Made by a program: the position numbers and the translations under genes. The notes below the pieces were generated by a model. It was not told the origin of the DNA. It was given only the letters and a program-made list of their open reading frames with translations, and made no database searches. From Candidatus Iainarchaeum sp. (GTDB lineage Archaea > Iainarchaeota > Iainarchaeia > Iainarchaeales > 0-14-0-20-34-12), in contig JAUSKK010000040.1 of assembly GCA_030649345.1 (NCBI GenBank), forward strand, positions 5,545-37,544: DNA of 32,000 nt, given 5' to 3'. This document shows positions 16,113 through 24,948 of this stretch, piece after piece. Position 1 is the stretch's first letter. Each line of letters begins with the position of its first letter.

Positions 16113-17177
16113 ATGGGTTTTTTTGATTCAATTCAAGATACAGGTTCTTTGCTGAAAAATACCTTTAAGATTATTGCCAAAAATCCAGCTATTTTCAAGC
16201 CAACTTTGGCTCAGATTTTTTTGGGTTGTTTGTTTTATTTGTTTGTAGTTTTAGGTCTTTTAGGAATATTCTATGCTTCGGGTGCAATTCAATATTTTTC
16301 AATTCTTGCATTTTTCTTTTTTTTGTTTTTGTTATTACTTATTTTTCCTTTCATTAAAATGTACTATAAGGCAGCTCAATGCTGGATTGTGTACACAACA
16401 TTTACTGGAAAACCGGATACTTCCTATTCTGCTGGAATTACCAGAGCGCGAAAAAATAAAAAAGACATTTTTTTGTTAGCTGTTTTCGATATTTTATTGA
16501 ACTTGGTTGCCAATAAATTGAAGCAAGGAACAAATAAAGGCGGTTTATGGATTATTGTAAATATTGCAATGTTTTTTTTAGGAAAATTGGTGGAAGAAGG
16601 CTGGGATTTGGTTTCGCATTTTTTATTGCCAGCTTCCATTATTCAAGAAAAAAGCGTTATGCAGACTGTTCCTGAACTTAAAAATATTAAAAATAATGTC
16701 ACCGGTGCGTTGGCTGGAGTTTTGGGTATTGATTTTGTGGGAGATGTTGTCCGCGGTTACATTACAAGCTTGTTGATTGTGTTGGTTTTGCTGAGTGTGG
16801 GAATTGGATTCTTTTTTAAGAACTGGATTTTAGCTTTTATTATAATTTTTTTAGTAATTGGATTTAATTTGGTTTTGAAAATTCTTGTAGACATGATCAA
16901 GCTGGTGTATTTTACTTTATTTTATATTTCGGTGACCATGCCTTTGGAGATTCCAGAACAAGACAGAGTAGAAGTTACAAAATATTTATTGCATCAATCC
17001 AGTGCAAACACTGGAAAGCCTACTGAAACTATGGATGGAAAAGCAAACAAATTATTGCCGTATCTTTCACAGTACAAAAAGCAAGGTTATGATAATGAAA
17101 AGATTAAATCTTTTTTAGTGAAAAGCGGCTGGCCGGAAGAAGCTATTGATTTGGCTTTTAAAAAATTTAAGGAGTGA
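16113..17177 (+). CDS. Polytopic membrane protein with a cytoplasmic C-terminal tail, unknown function
   Basis: Several long hydrophobic segments (LGCLFYLFVVLGLLGIFY, FFFFLFLLLLIFPF, LLIVLVLLSVGIGFFF, AFIIIFLVIGFNLVL). Hydrophilic tail ...KKQGYDNEKIKSFLVKSGWPEEAIDLAFKKF. Confidence 0.6.
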   Translation: MGFFDSIQDTGSLLKNTFKIIAKNPAIFKPTLAQIFLGCLFYLFVVLGLLGIFYASGAIQYFSILAFFFFLFLLLLIFPFIKMYYKAAQCWIVYTTFTGKPDTSYSAGITRARKNKKDIFLLAVFDILLNLVANKLKQGTNKGGLWIIVNIAMFFLGKLVEEGWDLVSHFLLPASIIQEKSVMQTVPELKNIKNNVTGALAGVLGIDFVGDVVRGYITSLLIVLVLLSVGIGFFFKNWILAFIIIFLVIGFNLVLKILVDMIKLVYFTLFYISVTMPLEIPEQDRVEVTKYLLHQSSANTGKPTETMDGKANKLLPYLSQYKKQGYDNEKIKSFLVKSGWPEEAIDLAFKKFKE

Positions 17178-17181
17178 ACGT

Positions 17182-17637
17182 ATGTTTGGATTGGGAGACA
17201 CAAAAATCGAAATTCAATTGGATAAATTTAATTTTAAACCCGGAGAAACCATTGAAGGCACTGTTTCTTTGAAAGCCAAAAAACCAGTGAAAGCCAAAGG
17301 AATTAATATTACTTTTTTTGGAGAAAAAAGAGTTTCTAGTATGAGTGCTGGGCGAAGTTCTTCGAGTGTTCGAAGAGTGTTTGAATTCAAACAGCCTTTG
17401 GATGGAGAAAAAGAATATGTTTCTGGAGAAAATCCTTTGGTGTATCCGTTCAAAATTGTTATTCCATCTGACTTGTTGAATACTCAAAAAGCACCGGAGG
17501 GAAATATGGGTGCAGTATTGCAGGGAATTCAGTTTTTGACAGGAAACGCAGGTCCAACCAATTGGTATCTTCAAGCTAATTTGGATATTTCTATGGGTTT
17601 GGATGTAACTAAAAAAGTTCAAATTAATCTTGTTTAA
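17182..17637 (+). CDS. Spo0M/arrestin-like beta-sandwich protein
   Basis: MFGLGDTKIEIQLDKFNFKPGETIEGTVSLKAKKPVKAKGINITFFG resembles the Spo0M/arrestin-N pattern (short N-terminus, xxLxKxxYxPGExIxGxVxL). GGAG lies upstream of the ATG at 17182, which is 4 nt after the preceding stop. Confidence 0.45.
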   Translation: MFGLGDTKIEIQLDKFNFKPGETIEGTVSLKAKKPVKAKGINITFFGEKRVSSMSAGRSSSSVRRVFEFKQPLDGEKEYVSGENPLVYPFKIVIPSDLLNTQKAPEGNMGAVLQGIQFLTGNAGPTNWYLQANLDISMGLDVTKKVQINLV

Positions 17638-17656
17638 AAATTTTGGAGCTGATAAA

Positions 17657-18286
17657 ATGAATTTGAAAAAAAATAATTTTTTGTTAATTGTTTTAATTGC
17701 AATTATTGTAAGTGGGTGTACGGGTAGTTATAAAGGCTCGACTGGAAGCAGCCAGTCCAATGGGAACGATGGTTCAGCTGCGAATGCTTCCAATCAAGGA
17801 ACTGCAGTTAATGGAGTGCTGGATTGCGGAGCTGATATGTCTTGTTTTTCTGAAGCAGCTAGTACGTGTACGCCTGCTAAGGTTCAATGGCTACTAACCA
17901 GTCAAGGAACTGGATCAGCCCCTGCAGTAGGAACTTTGCAGACAGTTACGTATTATTCTGAATTAAGTCAAAAAAAAGATACTACTTGTAAATATTATCA
18001 GGAAGGAAAAAGCGTACTTGTAAAATTTACTGATGAAAAAAAACAAAGTATGTTAGCGTCTGGTAAAACTGAAGCAGAGGTTGCTGCTGAAGAAGTGCAA
18101 GTGCAGGAAGATTATAGCAAATCTTTTAATCCGTTTCCAATTTCATGCCGATTTGAAGACAGCAAACTGGTTGAACTGCTTGCAAAATGGGAGAATGGAA
18201 ATTTGACCCTAGCGGATTTTGCTGGTTGTAGCCCAGGAAATGTTGATGTCTCTAAGTTGTCTGTGAAGCGATCCTTTAACGGATAA
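17657..18286 (+). CDS. Lipobox protein, paralog A (conserved Cys pattern)
   Basis: MNLKKNNFLLIVLIAIIVSGC lipobox. The shared core with the next gene includes LDCGADMSCF..CTP, TCKYYQ, SGKTEAE, SCRFE..KLVELL and GNVDVS. Confidence 0.75.
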   Translation: MNLKKNNFLLIVLIAIIVSGCTGSYKGSTGSSQSNGNDGSAANASNQGTAVNGVLDCGADMSCFSEAASTCTPAKVQWLLTSQGTGSAPAVGTLQTVTYYSELSQKKDTTCKYYQEGKSVLVKFTDEKKQSMLASGKTEAEVAAEEVQVQEDYSKSFNPFPISCRFEDSKLVELLAKWENGNLTLADFAGCSPGNVDVSKLSVKRSFNG

Positions 18287-18319
18287 AAAATGAACTCAAA
18301 ATTTTTTGGAGTTGATGAA

Positions 18320-19186
18320 ATGAATTTGAAAAAAAATAATTTTTTGTTAATTGCTTTGATTGCAATTATTGTAAGTGGTTGTACTTCTAGTTCTCCTGGA
18401 ACTTCTACTGGCGCGCAAGGAACTGGTGTAAATGGCGTTCAAGATTGTGGTGCTGATGGTGCTTGTTTTTCAGCTGCTGCTGCAAATTGTACTCCGGTTA
18501 AAGTTACTTTGACTTTTTCAGTGGATTTTTTAGGAATTTTGAGTACTACGACTAATTATTTGGAATTAAGTAAAAAAGAAGGAATTACTTGCAAATATTA
18601 TCAAAGAACTGAAAGTCAAGTTGTGAAACTAAGTGATGAAATCAAACAGCAGTTGTTAAGTTCTGGAAAAACTGAAGCAGAAATTGAACAACAAGAATCT
18701 GAATTGCAAACAAGTGCAAACCAAGTTATTGGCCTGGAAACTTCTTGTAGATTTGAAACCGCTAAATTGGTTGAATTGCTTAGAAATTGGCAAGCAGGAA
18801 ATTTTTCAACTGATGATTTAAGTGAACCAAATTGTGTTGAAGGCAATGTTGATGTATCTCTTGAACAAGTTCAGGCTGCTGCGGTTGCTGAAGAAAATAA
18901 GTGTTTGATTTCTTCAGATTGTTCAGAAGGCTTTCATTGTTTCAAAAAAGAATGCATAAACAATGAAGTTATTGAAAGCAAATCAGCTTGTGAGGCAGAA
19001 GTTTGTACTGGAAGTACTTGTGAATTTAATGTCTGTCAACAAACTTGTCCAAATTGTGAAGACGGAAAACTTAGTTGCATGATGAGTAGTAATCCTGTAA
19101 TTGATAAAAAATGCGTGGAATGTTTTATGGATTCTATGTGTGCTACTGGCTTTGAATGTAAAGCCTACGAATGTGTAGCAAAATAA
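18320..19186 (+). CDS. Lipobox protein, paralog B, with an added C-terminal Cys-rich module
   Basis: MNLKKNNFLLIALIAIIVSGC. It has the same core as paralog A. It then adds about 90 aa containing 16 Cys (18902..19177), with motifs SDCSEGFHCFKKEC and SMCATGFECKAYEC. Confidence 0.75.
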   Translation: MNLKKNNFLLIALIAIIVSGCTSSSPGTSTGAQGTGVNGVQDCGADGACFSAAAANCTPVKVTLTFSVDFLGILSTTTNYLELSKKEGITCKYYQRTESQVVKLSDEIKQQLLSSGKTEAEIEQQESELQTSANQVIGLETSCRFETAKLVELLRNWQAGNFSTDDLSEPNCVEGNVDVSLEQVQAAAVAEENKCLISSDCSEGFHCFKKECINNEVIESKSACEAEVCTGSTCEFNVCQQTCPNCEDGKLSCMMSSNPVIDKKCVECFMDSMCATGFECKAYECVAK

Positions 19187-19230
19187 GTTAGTGCAATTGC
19201 ACTAACTTTTCTTTTTCTTCTTCTTTTTTA
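19187..19230 (+). terminator. Perfect 20-nt palindrome followed by a T-rich tract
   Basis: GTTAGTGCAATTGCACTAAC (19187..19206) begins directly after the TAA stop and is followed by ttttctttttcttcttctttttt. The same T/A-rich stretch supplies a TATA-like box for the next gene. Confidence 0.6.
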
Positions 19231-19253
19231 AATTGTTTTGTTTGAATTAGTTT

Positions 19254-20438
19254 ATGTCTGATGAATCTTTGCACTTAAAAATCAGTCTGAAAACCCTTCA
19301 AATGGTTGGATGGATTGTAGGACTTTTAGTAGTTTTTGTTTTAATTCTTTTTGTGATTGTTCCCAATCTGCCTCAACCTGTTTCTGCAGTTACTGACACA
19401 AATAATCCAGTGACTACTCCTTCCATTGAATTGATTTCAGTTACTTTAGATAATTGCACAAACTGTATTCCTCTTGCTGGCTTAATTTCTACAGTTAAAC
19501 AACAAGTTGGAATTCCGGTGACTGAACGAATTGTTTCATTTGGATCCGATGAATCAAATACTTTAATTCAAGAATATGGAATTGAACGCTTGCCTTCAGT
19601 GGTTATTCGCGGAGACTTAAATTCTTTCCCTGAACTGGTTTCTGGTTTTATTCAATCTGGTTTAGGCTACCAATCCAGTGACGGTTCTTTAGTATTCAAA
19701 TCTCCGTTTCCAGTATATTATGAAATTGCTTCTGGAAAATTAACGGGTTTAGTTCAAATGACTAAAATTACTGTAAGTGATTGTACGGAATGCAGTCCTG
19801 GTTTAACTGAGCAAGATTTTTCAAGTTTATCTCCGCCGATTGCCTTTGAATCCATTCAAGAAATTTCAAGCACAAGTGCAGAAGGACAAGCTTTGCTGGC
19901 AAAATATAATATTCGAAAAATTCCAACAATTGTTTTATCTAAAGAAATTAAAGAATATCCACAATTCCAGAATTTTTTAAGTGTTGGAACAGTTGAACAA
20001 GATGGTTCATTTATTTTTAGAAATACGTTGCCGTACTTTTTTGACTTGGATCAAAATAGAATTGTTGGAGGAGTTCAATTAATTTCAATTGTGGACTCGA
20101 ATTGTTCAGAATGCATAACTCAAGATCGAATTTCTGTTCCTTTAATTGACAGATTGGGTTTGCAAATTAGTTCAACGCAAACTGTGGATTTGAATTCCAG
20201 TGAAGCTCAAGAATTGATTCAAAAATATTCTTTAACCAGTTTGCCTTCTGTTTTATTTTCCGGTGACTTGAATGCCTATTTTTTGGTTGGACAATATTGG
20301 CCTCAATTGGGAAGACTTGCAGAAGATCAAATGCATATTTTTACTGAGTATTCTTTGCTGGAAGAAGGCTATTATAAAGACATTAATTCAGGTCAATTGA
20401 TTCAAATTATTCCATCTGAACCAATTGTTCAGACTTAG
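19254..20438 (+). CDS. Membrane-anchored protein with three thioredoxin-fold-like CXXC repeats
   Basis: N-terminal TM helix (MVGWIVGLLVVFVLILFVIV). Three units of about 105 aa follow, each with a CxxC: CTNC at 19455..19466, CTEC at 19782..19793 and CSEC at 20103..20114. Each unit also has a downstream Pro-containing loop of cis-Pro type (IERLPSVVI, IRKIPTIVL, LTSLPSVLF). Confidence 0.6.
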   Translation: MSDESLHLKISLKTLQMVGWIVGLLVVFVLILFVIVPNLPQPVSAVTDTNNPVTTPSIELISVTLDNCTNCIPLAGLISTVKQQVGIPVTERIVSFGSDESNTLIQEYGIERLPSVVIRGDLNSFPELVSGFIQSGLGYQSSDGSLVFKSPFPVYYEIASGKLTGLVQMTKITVSDCTECSPGLTEQDFSSLSPPIAFESIQEISSTSAEGQALLAKYNIRKIPTIVLSKEIKEYPQFQNFLSVGTVEQDGSFIFRNTLPYFFDLDQNRIVGGVQLISIVDSNCSECITQDRISVPLIDRLGLQISSTQTVDLNSSEAQELIQKYSLTSLPSVLFSGDLNAYFLVGQYWPQLGRLAEDQMHIFTEYSLLEEGYYKDINSGQLIQIIPSEPIVQT

Positions 20439-20520
20439 AGAAACCTTTAAAAAACATTATTTGGTTATTTAATTATGCAAAGTGATTGATTTTATTGCTT
20501 TAAAATTTTGGGGCATTTTA

Positions 20521-20808
20521 ATGAAGTTTTCGTTGAAGGATATTTTGATAGTTGTTTTAGGAATTTTTTTAGTTTACGTACTGTTTGCTCGCAATTCTTT
20601 GAATAATTTAGGCCGAGTATTTGATCGCTTGACTACTAGTACGGGTTCTGGTTCAGAATTTTTGATTTTAATTGTTTTAGGTCTTGCTCTGCTTTGGTAT
20701 TTTTTAGGAAACAAAAAATCTGGTGCAAAAGCCAGTGCAAGTCATGCTTCAAGCCATGCGGACGCACACGCTCCAGCTCACGGCAATGCTCATAATGCCC
20801 ATCATTAA
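20521..20808 (+). CDS. Small two-TM membrane protein with a His/Ala-rich C-terminal tail
   Basis: MKFSLKDILIVVLGIFLVYVLF and FLILIVLGLALLWYFL helices. The tail is ASASHASSHADAHAPAHGNAHNAHH. I prefer the ATG at 20521 over the upstream track start. Confidence 0.55.
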   Translation: MKFSLKDILIVVLGIFLVYVLFARNSLNNLGRVFDRLTTSTGSGSEFLILIVLGLALLWYFLGNKKSGAKASASHASSHADAHAPAHGNAHNAHH

Positions 20809-20868
20809 GTTTCTTGGCTTGTTTTTTTAGCATTCTATTTTTAAATTGGTTTATTCATTTTTTTGAAT

Positions 20869-21171
20869 ATGCAATTAACTGAATATACTCGTTTTTTGAA
20901 AACGTTGTCCAATCCCAAAAGTTTGAAGATTATTTTACTGCTTCGAAATGGGTCCAAAAGTGTTACAGAGATTTATCGAGAGTTAAAGTTTAATCAATCC
21001 ACGACTTCCAGGCATTTGAATTGTTTGCAGTGCTGTGGTTTTGTTTTTGTAAAAGTTCAAGCCCAGAAGCGTATTTATTCTTTGAATCGAAAAACAATTC
21101 AGCCTTTAATGAATTTAATTGAGCAACATAATCGCAAGTATTGCAATGGAGTGTGCAATTGTCATGCTTAA
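20869..21171 (+). CDS. ArsR/SmtB-family metalloregulator with a Cys-rich C-terminus
   Basis: wHTH LSNPKSLKIILLLRNGSKSVTEIYRELKFNQSTTSRHLNCLQCCGFV and C-terminal YCNGVCNCH. TATA-like TTTTTAAAT lies about 25-30 nt upstream of the ATG at 20869. Confidence 0.8.
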   Translation: MQLTEYTRFLKTLSNPKSLKIILLLRNGSKSVTEIYRELKFNQSTTSRHLNCLQCCGFVFVKVQAQKRIYSLNRKTIQPLMNLIEQHNRKYCNGVCNCHA

Positions 21172-21221
21172 ATCCATTGTTTTAAATAAGTTTAGTTCTT
21201 TAATTGGGGCATTTGATTGAT

Positions 21222-23642
21222 ATGGCTAAAGATCCTATTTGTGGAATGGACGTTAATCCATTGAATGCGAAATTTCGTTTATTTAAGAATGGCAAATCGC
21301 ATTTTTTTTGCAGTCAATCTTGCAAAGATCAATTTGAAGGAAAAACCAAAGAAGTATCTCAGTCAACTGTTTCTTCTGTGCCTGTACAAAGTAAGGGTGA
21401 AACGCTTTCATTTGCCATTCAAGGAATGCATTGCGCTGGCTGTGCTGTAAAAATTGAAAAAAAATTAACTGAACTGTCTGGAGTATCCAAGGCTTCCGTG
21501 AATTATGGTTTAGAAAAAGCCTTTGTTGAATTTAATTCCAAACAAGTATCTGAACACGATGTTAAAGCCATTGTAATTCAAGCAGGCTATAAAGTCATTG
21601 AAGAAAATATTCCGTCTAAAACTGAACTGGCTGGGCATCATGAAGTAAAAATTAGTGCTCAAGATTTAGCTAAACAAAAAGAAATCCAAGAACTCAAACT
21701 TAAGTTAATGGCAGGCACAGTTTTAACTTTATTGATTGTTTTAGGTTCTTTTCCTGAATTGTTTCCGTTTGCTGTATTTTTGAATAATAATTTTTTGCTT
21801 TTAATTTTAAGTTTGCCGGTGCAATTTTGGGTAGGCAGACAATTTTACCGCGGTTTTTGGATTTCACTGAAAAATCGCACTGCAGATATGGATTCATTAA
21901 TTGCTATAGGCACCAGTGCAGCAATTTTGTATTCAGCTGCCGTAACTTTAGTTCCAGGTTTTTTTAGTTCTTCTGGTTTAGAGCCTATGGTTTACTTTGA
22001 TACTGCTGCAGTTATTGTTACGTTGATTATTTTAGGCCGATTTTTGGAAGCCAATGCTAAATCAAAGACTTCGCAAGCTATCAAAAAATTAATGGGTTTG
22101 CAGGCCAAGACAGCTATTTTAGTTCAAGGTGGTTCAGAAACCGAAATTTCCATTGAACAAGTTCAAGTTGGAGATATTTTGTTGGTGAAAGCTGGAGAAA
22201 AAATTCCAACCGATGGATTGGTGGTGCAAGGCGATGCGCGAGTTAATGAAAGCATGGTGACTGGAGAAAGTATGCCTGTTCATAAGAAAATCAATGATAC
22301 CGTAATTGGTTCAACCATTAGCATGGATGGGTTGATTCAAATTCGTGCAACCAAGATTGGAAAAGAAACTTTGTTGGCTCAAATTATTAAAATGGTGGAA
22401 CAAGCGCAGGCTAGTAAAGCACCGATTCAAAAATTAGCCGATCAAGTTTCCAGTATTTTTGTTCCAGTTGTAATTGTTATTGCTTTGTTGGCTTTTTTGG
22501 TTTGGTTTTTGGTTTTAGGAAAAAGTTTTGTTTTTGCTTTAACTGTTTTTATTACTGTTTTAATTATTGCCTGTCCGTGTGCTTTAGGCCTAGCTACGCC
22601 TACCGCAATTATGGTAGGTACTGGAAAAGGTGCAGAGAATGGAATTTTAATTAAAGGCGGAGAAGTTTTAGAAAAAGTGCATAATATTCAAGCCGTAGTT
22701 TTTGATAAAACTGGAACTCTCACTTCAGGAAATCCTACGGTCACAGATATTATTCCGTTTGCTGGAGAAAGTGAAGATCAAGTAATTCATTTTGTAGCTA
22801 CAGTTGAGAAATCCAGCACTCATCCAATTGCAAAAGCTATTGTACAATACGCAGAAAGCAAGGGAAAAAAATTATTCCAGCCAGACGCAGTGAAAGTATT
22901 GGAAGGCAAAGGATTGTGGGCTAGTTATATGAAAAAAGATTTATTGGTTGGAAATAGAACTTTAATGAAAGAATTTAATGTAGATATTACTGGCTTGGAA
23001 AATGAATTGCAGGGATTGGAAAGTCAAGGAAAAACCATTGTATTGGTTGCATCCAATCATAAATTAATGGCTGTTATCGGAATTGCAGATACTGTGACTG
23101 AATATGCTGTGCAGGCAGTCAAAGAATTGAAAGCCAATCATATTGAAGTATTTTTGTTGACTGGAGACAATGAAAGAACTGCTCAAGCCATTGCCAGCCA
23201 AGTTGGAATTGATAATGTTTTAGCCAATGTTTTACCTGGCGAAAAGGCTGCAAAAATTAAAGAATTGCAAGCTCAAGGCAAAAAAGTATGTATGGTGGGT
23301 GATGGAATTAATGATGCTCCTGCTTTAGCTCAAGCCGATGTCGGAATTGCAATTGGTGCAGGCACTGATGTGGCTATTGAAGCTGGAGATATTGTTTTAG
23401 TCAAGAATGATGTCCGCGATGTAATTCGAGCCATTAAGTTAAGTAAATTGACTTTGAATAAAATTAAACAAAATTTGTTTTGGGCTTTTGGATACAATGT
23501 TGTATTAATTCCAGTAGCTGCCGGTATCTTGTATCCTTTTTACGGTGTGCTCTTAGATCCAATGTGGGCTGCCGGCGCTATGGCTTTCAGTTCTGTGAGT
23601 GTGGTTTCCAATTCTTTGTTAATGACTAAATCCAAAATTTAA
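21222..23642 (+). CDS. copA: Copper-translocating P1B-type ATPase with N-terminal TRASH/YHS-like and HMA domains
   Basis: DPICGMDV...FFCSQSC (TRASH/YHS-like), GMHCAGC (HMA), TGES, CPC in a TM helix (IIACPCALGLATP), DKTGT and GDGINDAP. Confidence 0.95.
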   Translation: MAKDPICGMDVNPLNAKFRLFKNGKSHFFCSQSCKDQFEGKTKEVSQSTVSSVPVQSKGETLSFAIQGMHCAGCAVKIEKKLTELSGVSKASVNYGLEKAFVEFNSKQVSEHDVKAIVIQAGYKVIEENIPSKTELAGHHEVKISAQDLAKQKEIQELKLKLMAGTVLTLLIVLGSFPELFPFAVFLNNNFLLLILSLPVQFWVGRQFYRGFWISLKNRTADMDSLIAIGTSAAILYSAAVTLVPGFFSSSGLEPMVYFDTAAVIVTLIILGRFLEANAKSKTSQAIKKLMGLQAKTAILVQGGSETEISIEQVQVGDILLVKAGEKIPTDGLVVQGDARVNESMVTGESMPVHKKINDTVIGSTISMDGLIQIRATKIGKETLLAQIIKMVEQAQASKAPIQKLADQVSSIFVPVVIVIALLAFLVWFLVLGKSFVFALTVFITVLIIACPCALGLATPTAIMVGTGKGAENGILIKGGEVLEKVHNIQAVVFDKTGTLTSGNPTVTDIIPFAGESEDQVIHFVATVEKSSTHPIAKAIVQYAESKGKKLFQPDAVKVLEGKGLWASYMKKDLLVGNRTLMKEFNVDITGLENELQGLESQGKTIVLVASNHKLMAVIGIADTVTEYAVQAVKELKANHIEVFLLTGDNERTAQAIASQVGIDNVLANVLPGEKAAKIKELQAQGKKVCMVGDGINDAPALAQADVGIAIGAGTDVAIEAGDIVLVKNDVRDVIRAIKLSKLTLNKIKQNLFWAFGYNVVLIPVAAGILYPFYGVLLDPMWAAGAMAFSSVSVVSNSLLMTKSKI

Positions 23643-23646
23643 GAAT

Positions 23647-24480
23647 ATGATCGGATCTTTTTTTTCTTTAAATGGGCAATTATTACCCAAAGAACAAGCA
23701 GTTGTTTCCGTTGATCATATCGAATTCTCGTATGGTTTTGGAGTTTATGAATCTCTAAAAGTTCGGAATCGTATTTTGTATTTTCCTGAACTTCATATCG
23801 ATCGTTTGTTTTTGTCTGCTCAAACTTTGAGTTTGCCATGTTTGTTTTCCAAAAAACAAGTTTTAGATTTCTTGCACGAATTTATCAATTCCGTTTCTGA
23901 AGAATCTTTTAATATTAAAATGATTTTAATTGGAAAAAACCAAGGAAAAGAATCAGACTTGTATATTTTTGCTTTAAATCCTTTGTATTTGCCTTCCAAG
24001 TCTTACACGCAAGGCATAAAAGTAATTACTTTTTTGGGAGAACGTCAATTCATTCAAGCTAAATCTTTGAACATGTTAATGAGTTATCTTGCATTCAAGC
24101 AAGCACGTGAACAAAAGGCACACGATGCTTTATTGGTAGATTCGCATAATTGTGTTTTGGAAGGAACGCGTACAAATTTCTTTTTTACGGATGGAATAAC
24201 TATTTTTTCTCCTTCAGTAGAAAAAGTTTTGAATGGAGTTACTCGAATTACTTTATTGGATGCTTTAAAGAAAAACAAAATTCCATTTAAAGAAAAAGAC
24301 TTAAACGTAAATGAACTTTCTAATTATTCTGGTTTTTTTGTAACCAGTACTTCAGCCAATGTTTTGCCTGTTTCAGAAATTGATGGAAAAAAATTTAAAA
24401 TTCCAGATATTGTAAAAAAAGTAATAAGCGCGTACGATCAACATTTGGAAGCGTACGCGAAATCTGCTAAAAAAGTTTAA
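23647..24480 (+). CDS. Class IV (fold-type IV) PLP aminotransferase; branched-chain versus D-amino-acid specificity unresolved
   Basis: 277 aa. AKSLNMLMSYLAFKQAREQKAHDALLVD carries the candidate catalytic Lys context. EGTRTNFFF is present. The gene starts 4 nt after the copA stop. Confidence 0.75.
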   Translation: MIGSFFSLNGQLLPKEQAVVSVDHIEFSYGFGVYESLKVRNRILYFPELHIDRLFLSAQTLSLPCLFSKKQVLDFLHEFINSVSEESFNIKMILIGKNQGKESDLYIFALNPLYLPSKSYTQGIKVITFLGERQFIQAKSLNMLMSYLAFKQAREQKAHDALLVDSHNCVLEGTRTNFFFTDGITIFSPSVEKVLNGVTRITLLDALKKNKIPFKEKDLNVNELSNYSGFFVTSTSANVLPVSEIDGKKFKIPDIVKKVISAYDQHLEAYAKSAKKV

Positions 24481-24516
24481 TCGATTGTTTTTTTGATAAA
24501 ACTTTTCTTAAACGTT

Positions 24517-24891
24517 TTAACCTATTATGATTTTTTTCATGTCTGATTTTCGGATAATGATTCTTAATTCTCCGCTGGCTTTTCCTTTAATCAATTGTCC
24601 TGTCTTGGGGGTTAATTTTTCATCCATGACTGTTGCATTGATTAAGCAATTGTATCCTTCTTTGGTTTTTTCAATTTTTCCGTGAGCATTATCTAAAGTA
24701 TATTCTGCTGTGTGTTTGACTGGTTCCATTCTTCCTTTTTGTTTGGTTAAAACTAAATTAAATTCTTTGAGTTTTCCTGAGCCTCCTTGAATGAGTCCAA
24801 AATCAATATTGTGTTCTTGTGCAATTTGTTTTAATGTGCTCACAATATCTTCATTGTCTTCAATGATTGCTGTTATTATAGTTGTTGCCAT
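24517..24891 (-). CDS. PPC (DUF296)-like domain protein
   Basis: 124 aa. The pattern EDIVSTLKQIAQEHNIDFGLIQGGSGKLKEFNL....GKI....G....I.ATV......GQLIKG resembles the PPC/DUF296 layout. AGGGGTG RBS-like element and TATA-like TTATAAAT lie upstream. Confidence 0.45.
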   Translation of the reverse strand: MATTIITAIIEDNEDIVSTLKQIAQEHNIDFGLIQGGSGKLKEFNLVLTKQKGRMEPVKHTAEYTLDNAHGKIEKTKEGYNCLINATVMDEKLTPKTGQLIKGKASGELRIIIRKSDMKKIIIG

Positions 24892-24948
24892 TTTTACACC
24901 CCTGTTTTTAAAAATTTATAAGCCCCTTAAAGCTATTATATGATAGAA

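Noticed and set aside
17167-17622. 151-aa and 79-aa ORFs on the minus strand
   Set aside because: They are antisense to the Spo0M-like gene, which has a recognisable motif and an RBS. The antisense translations have no features.
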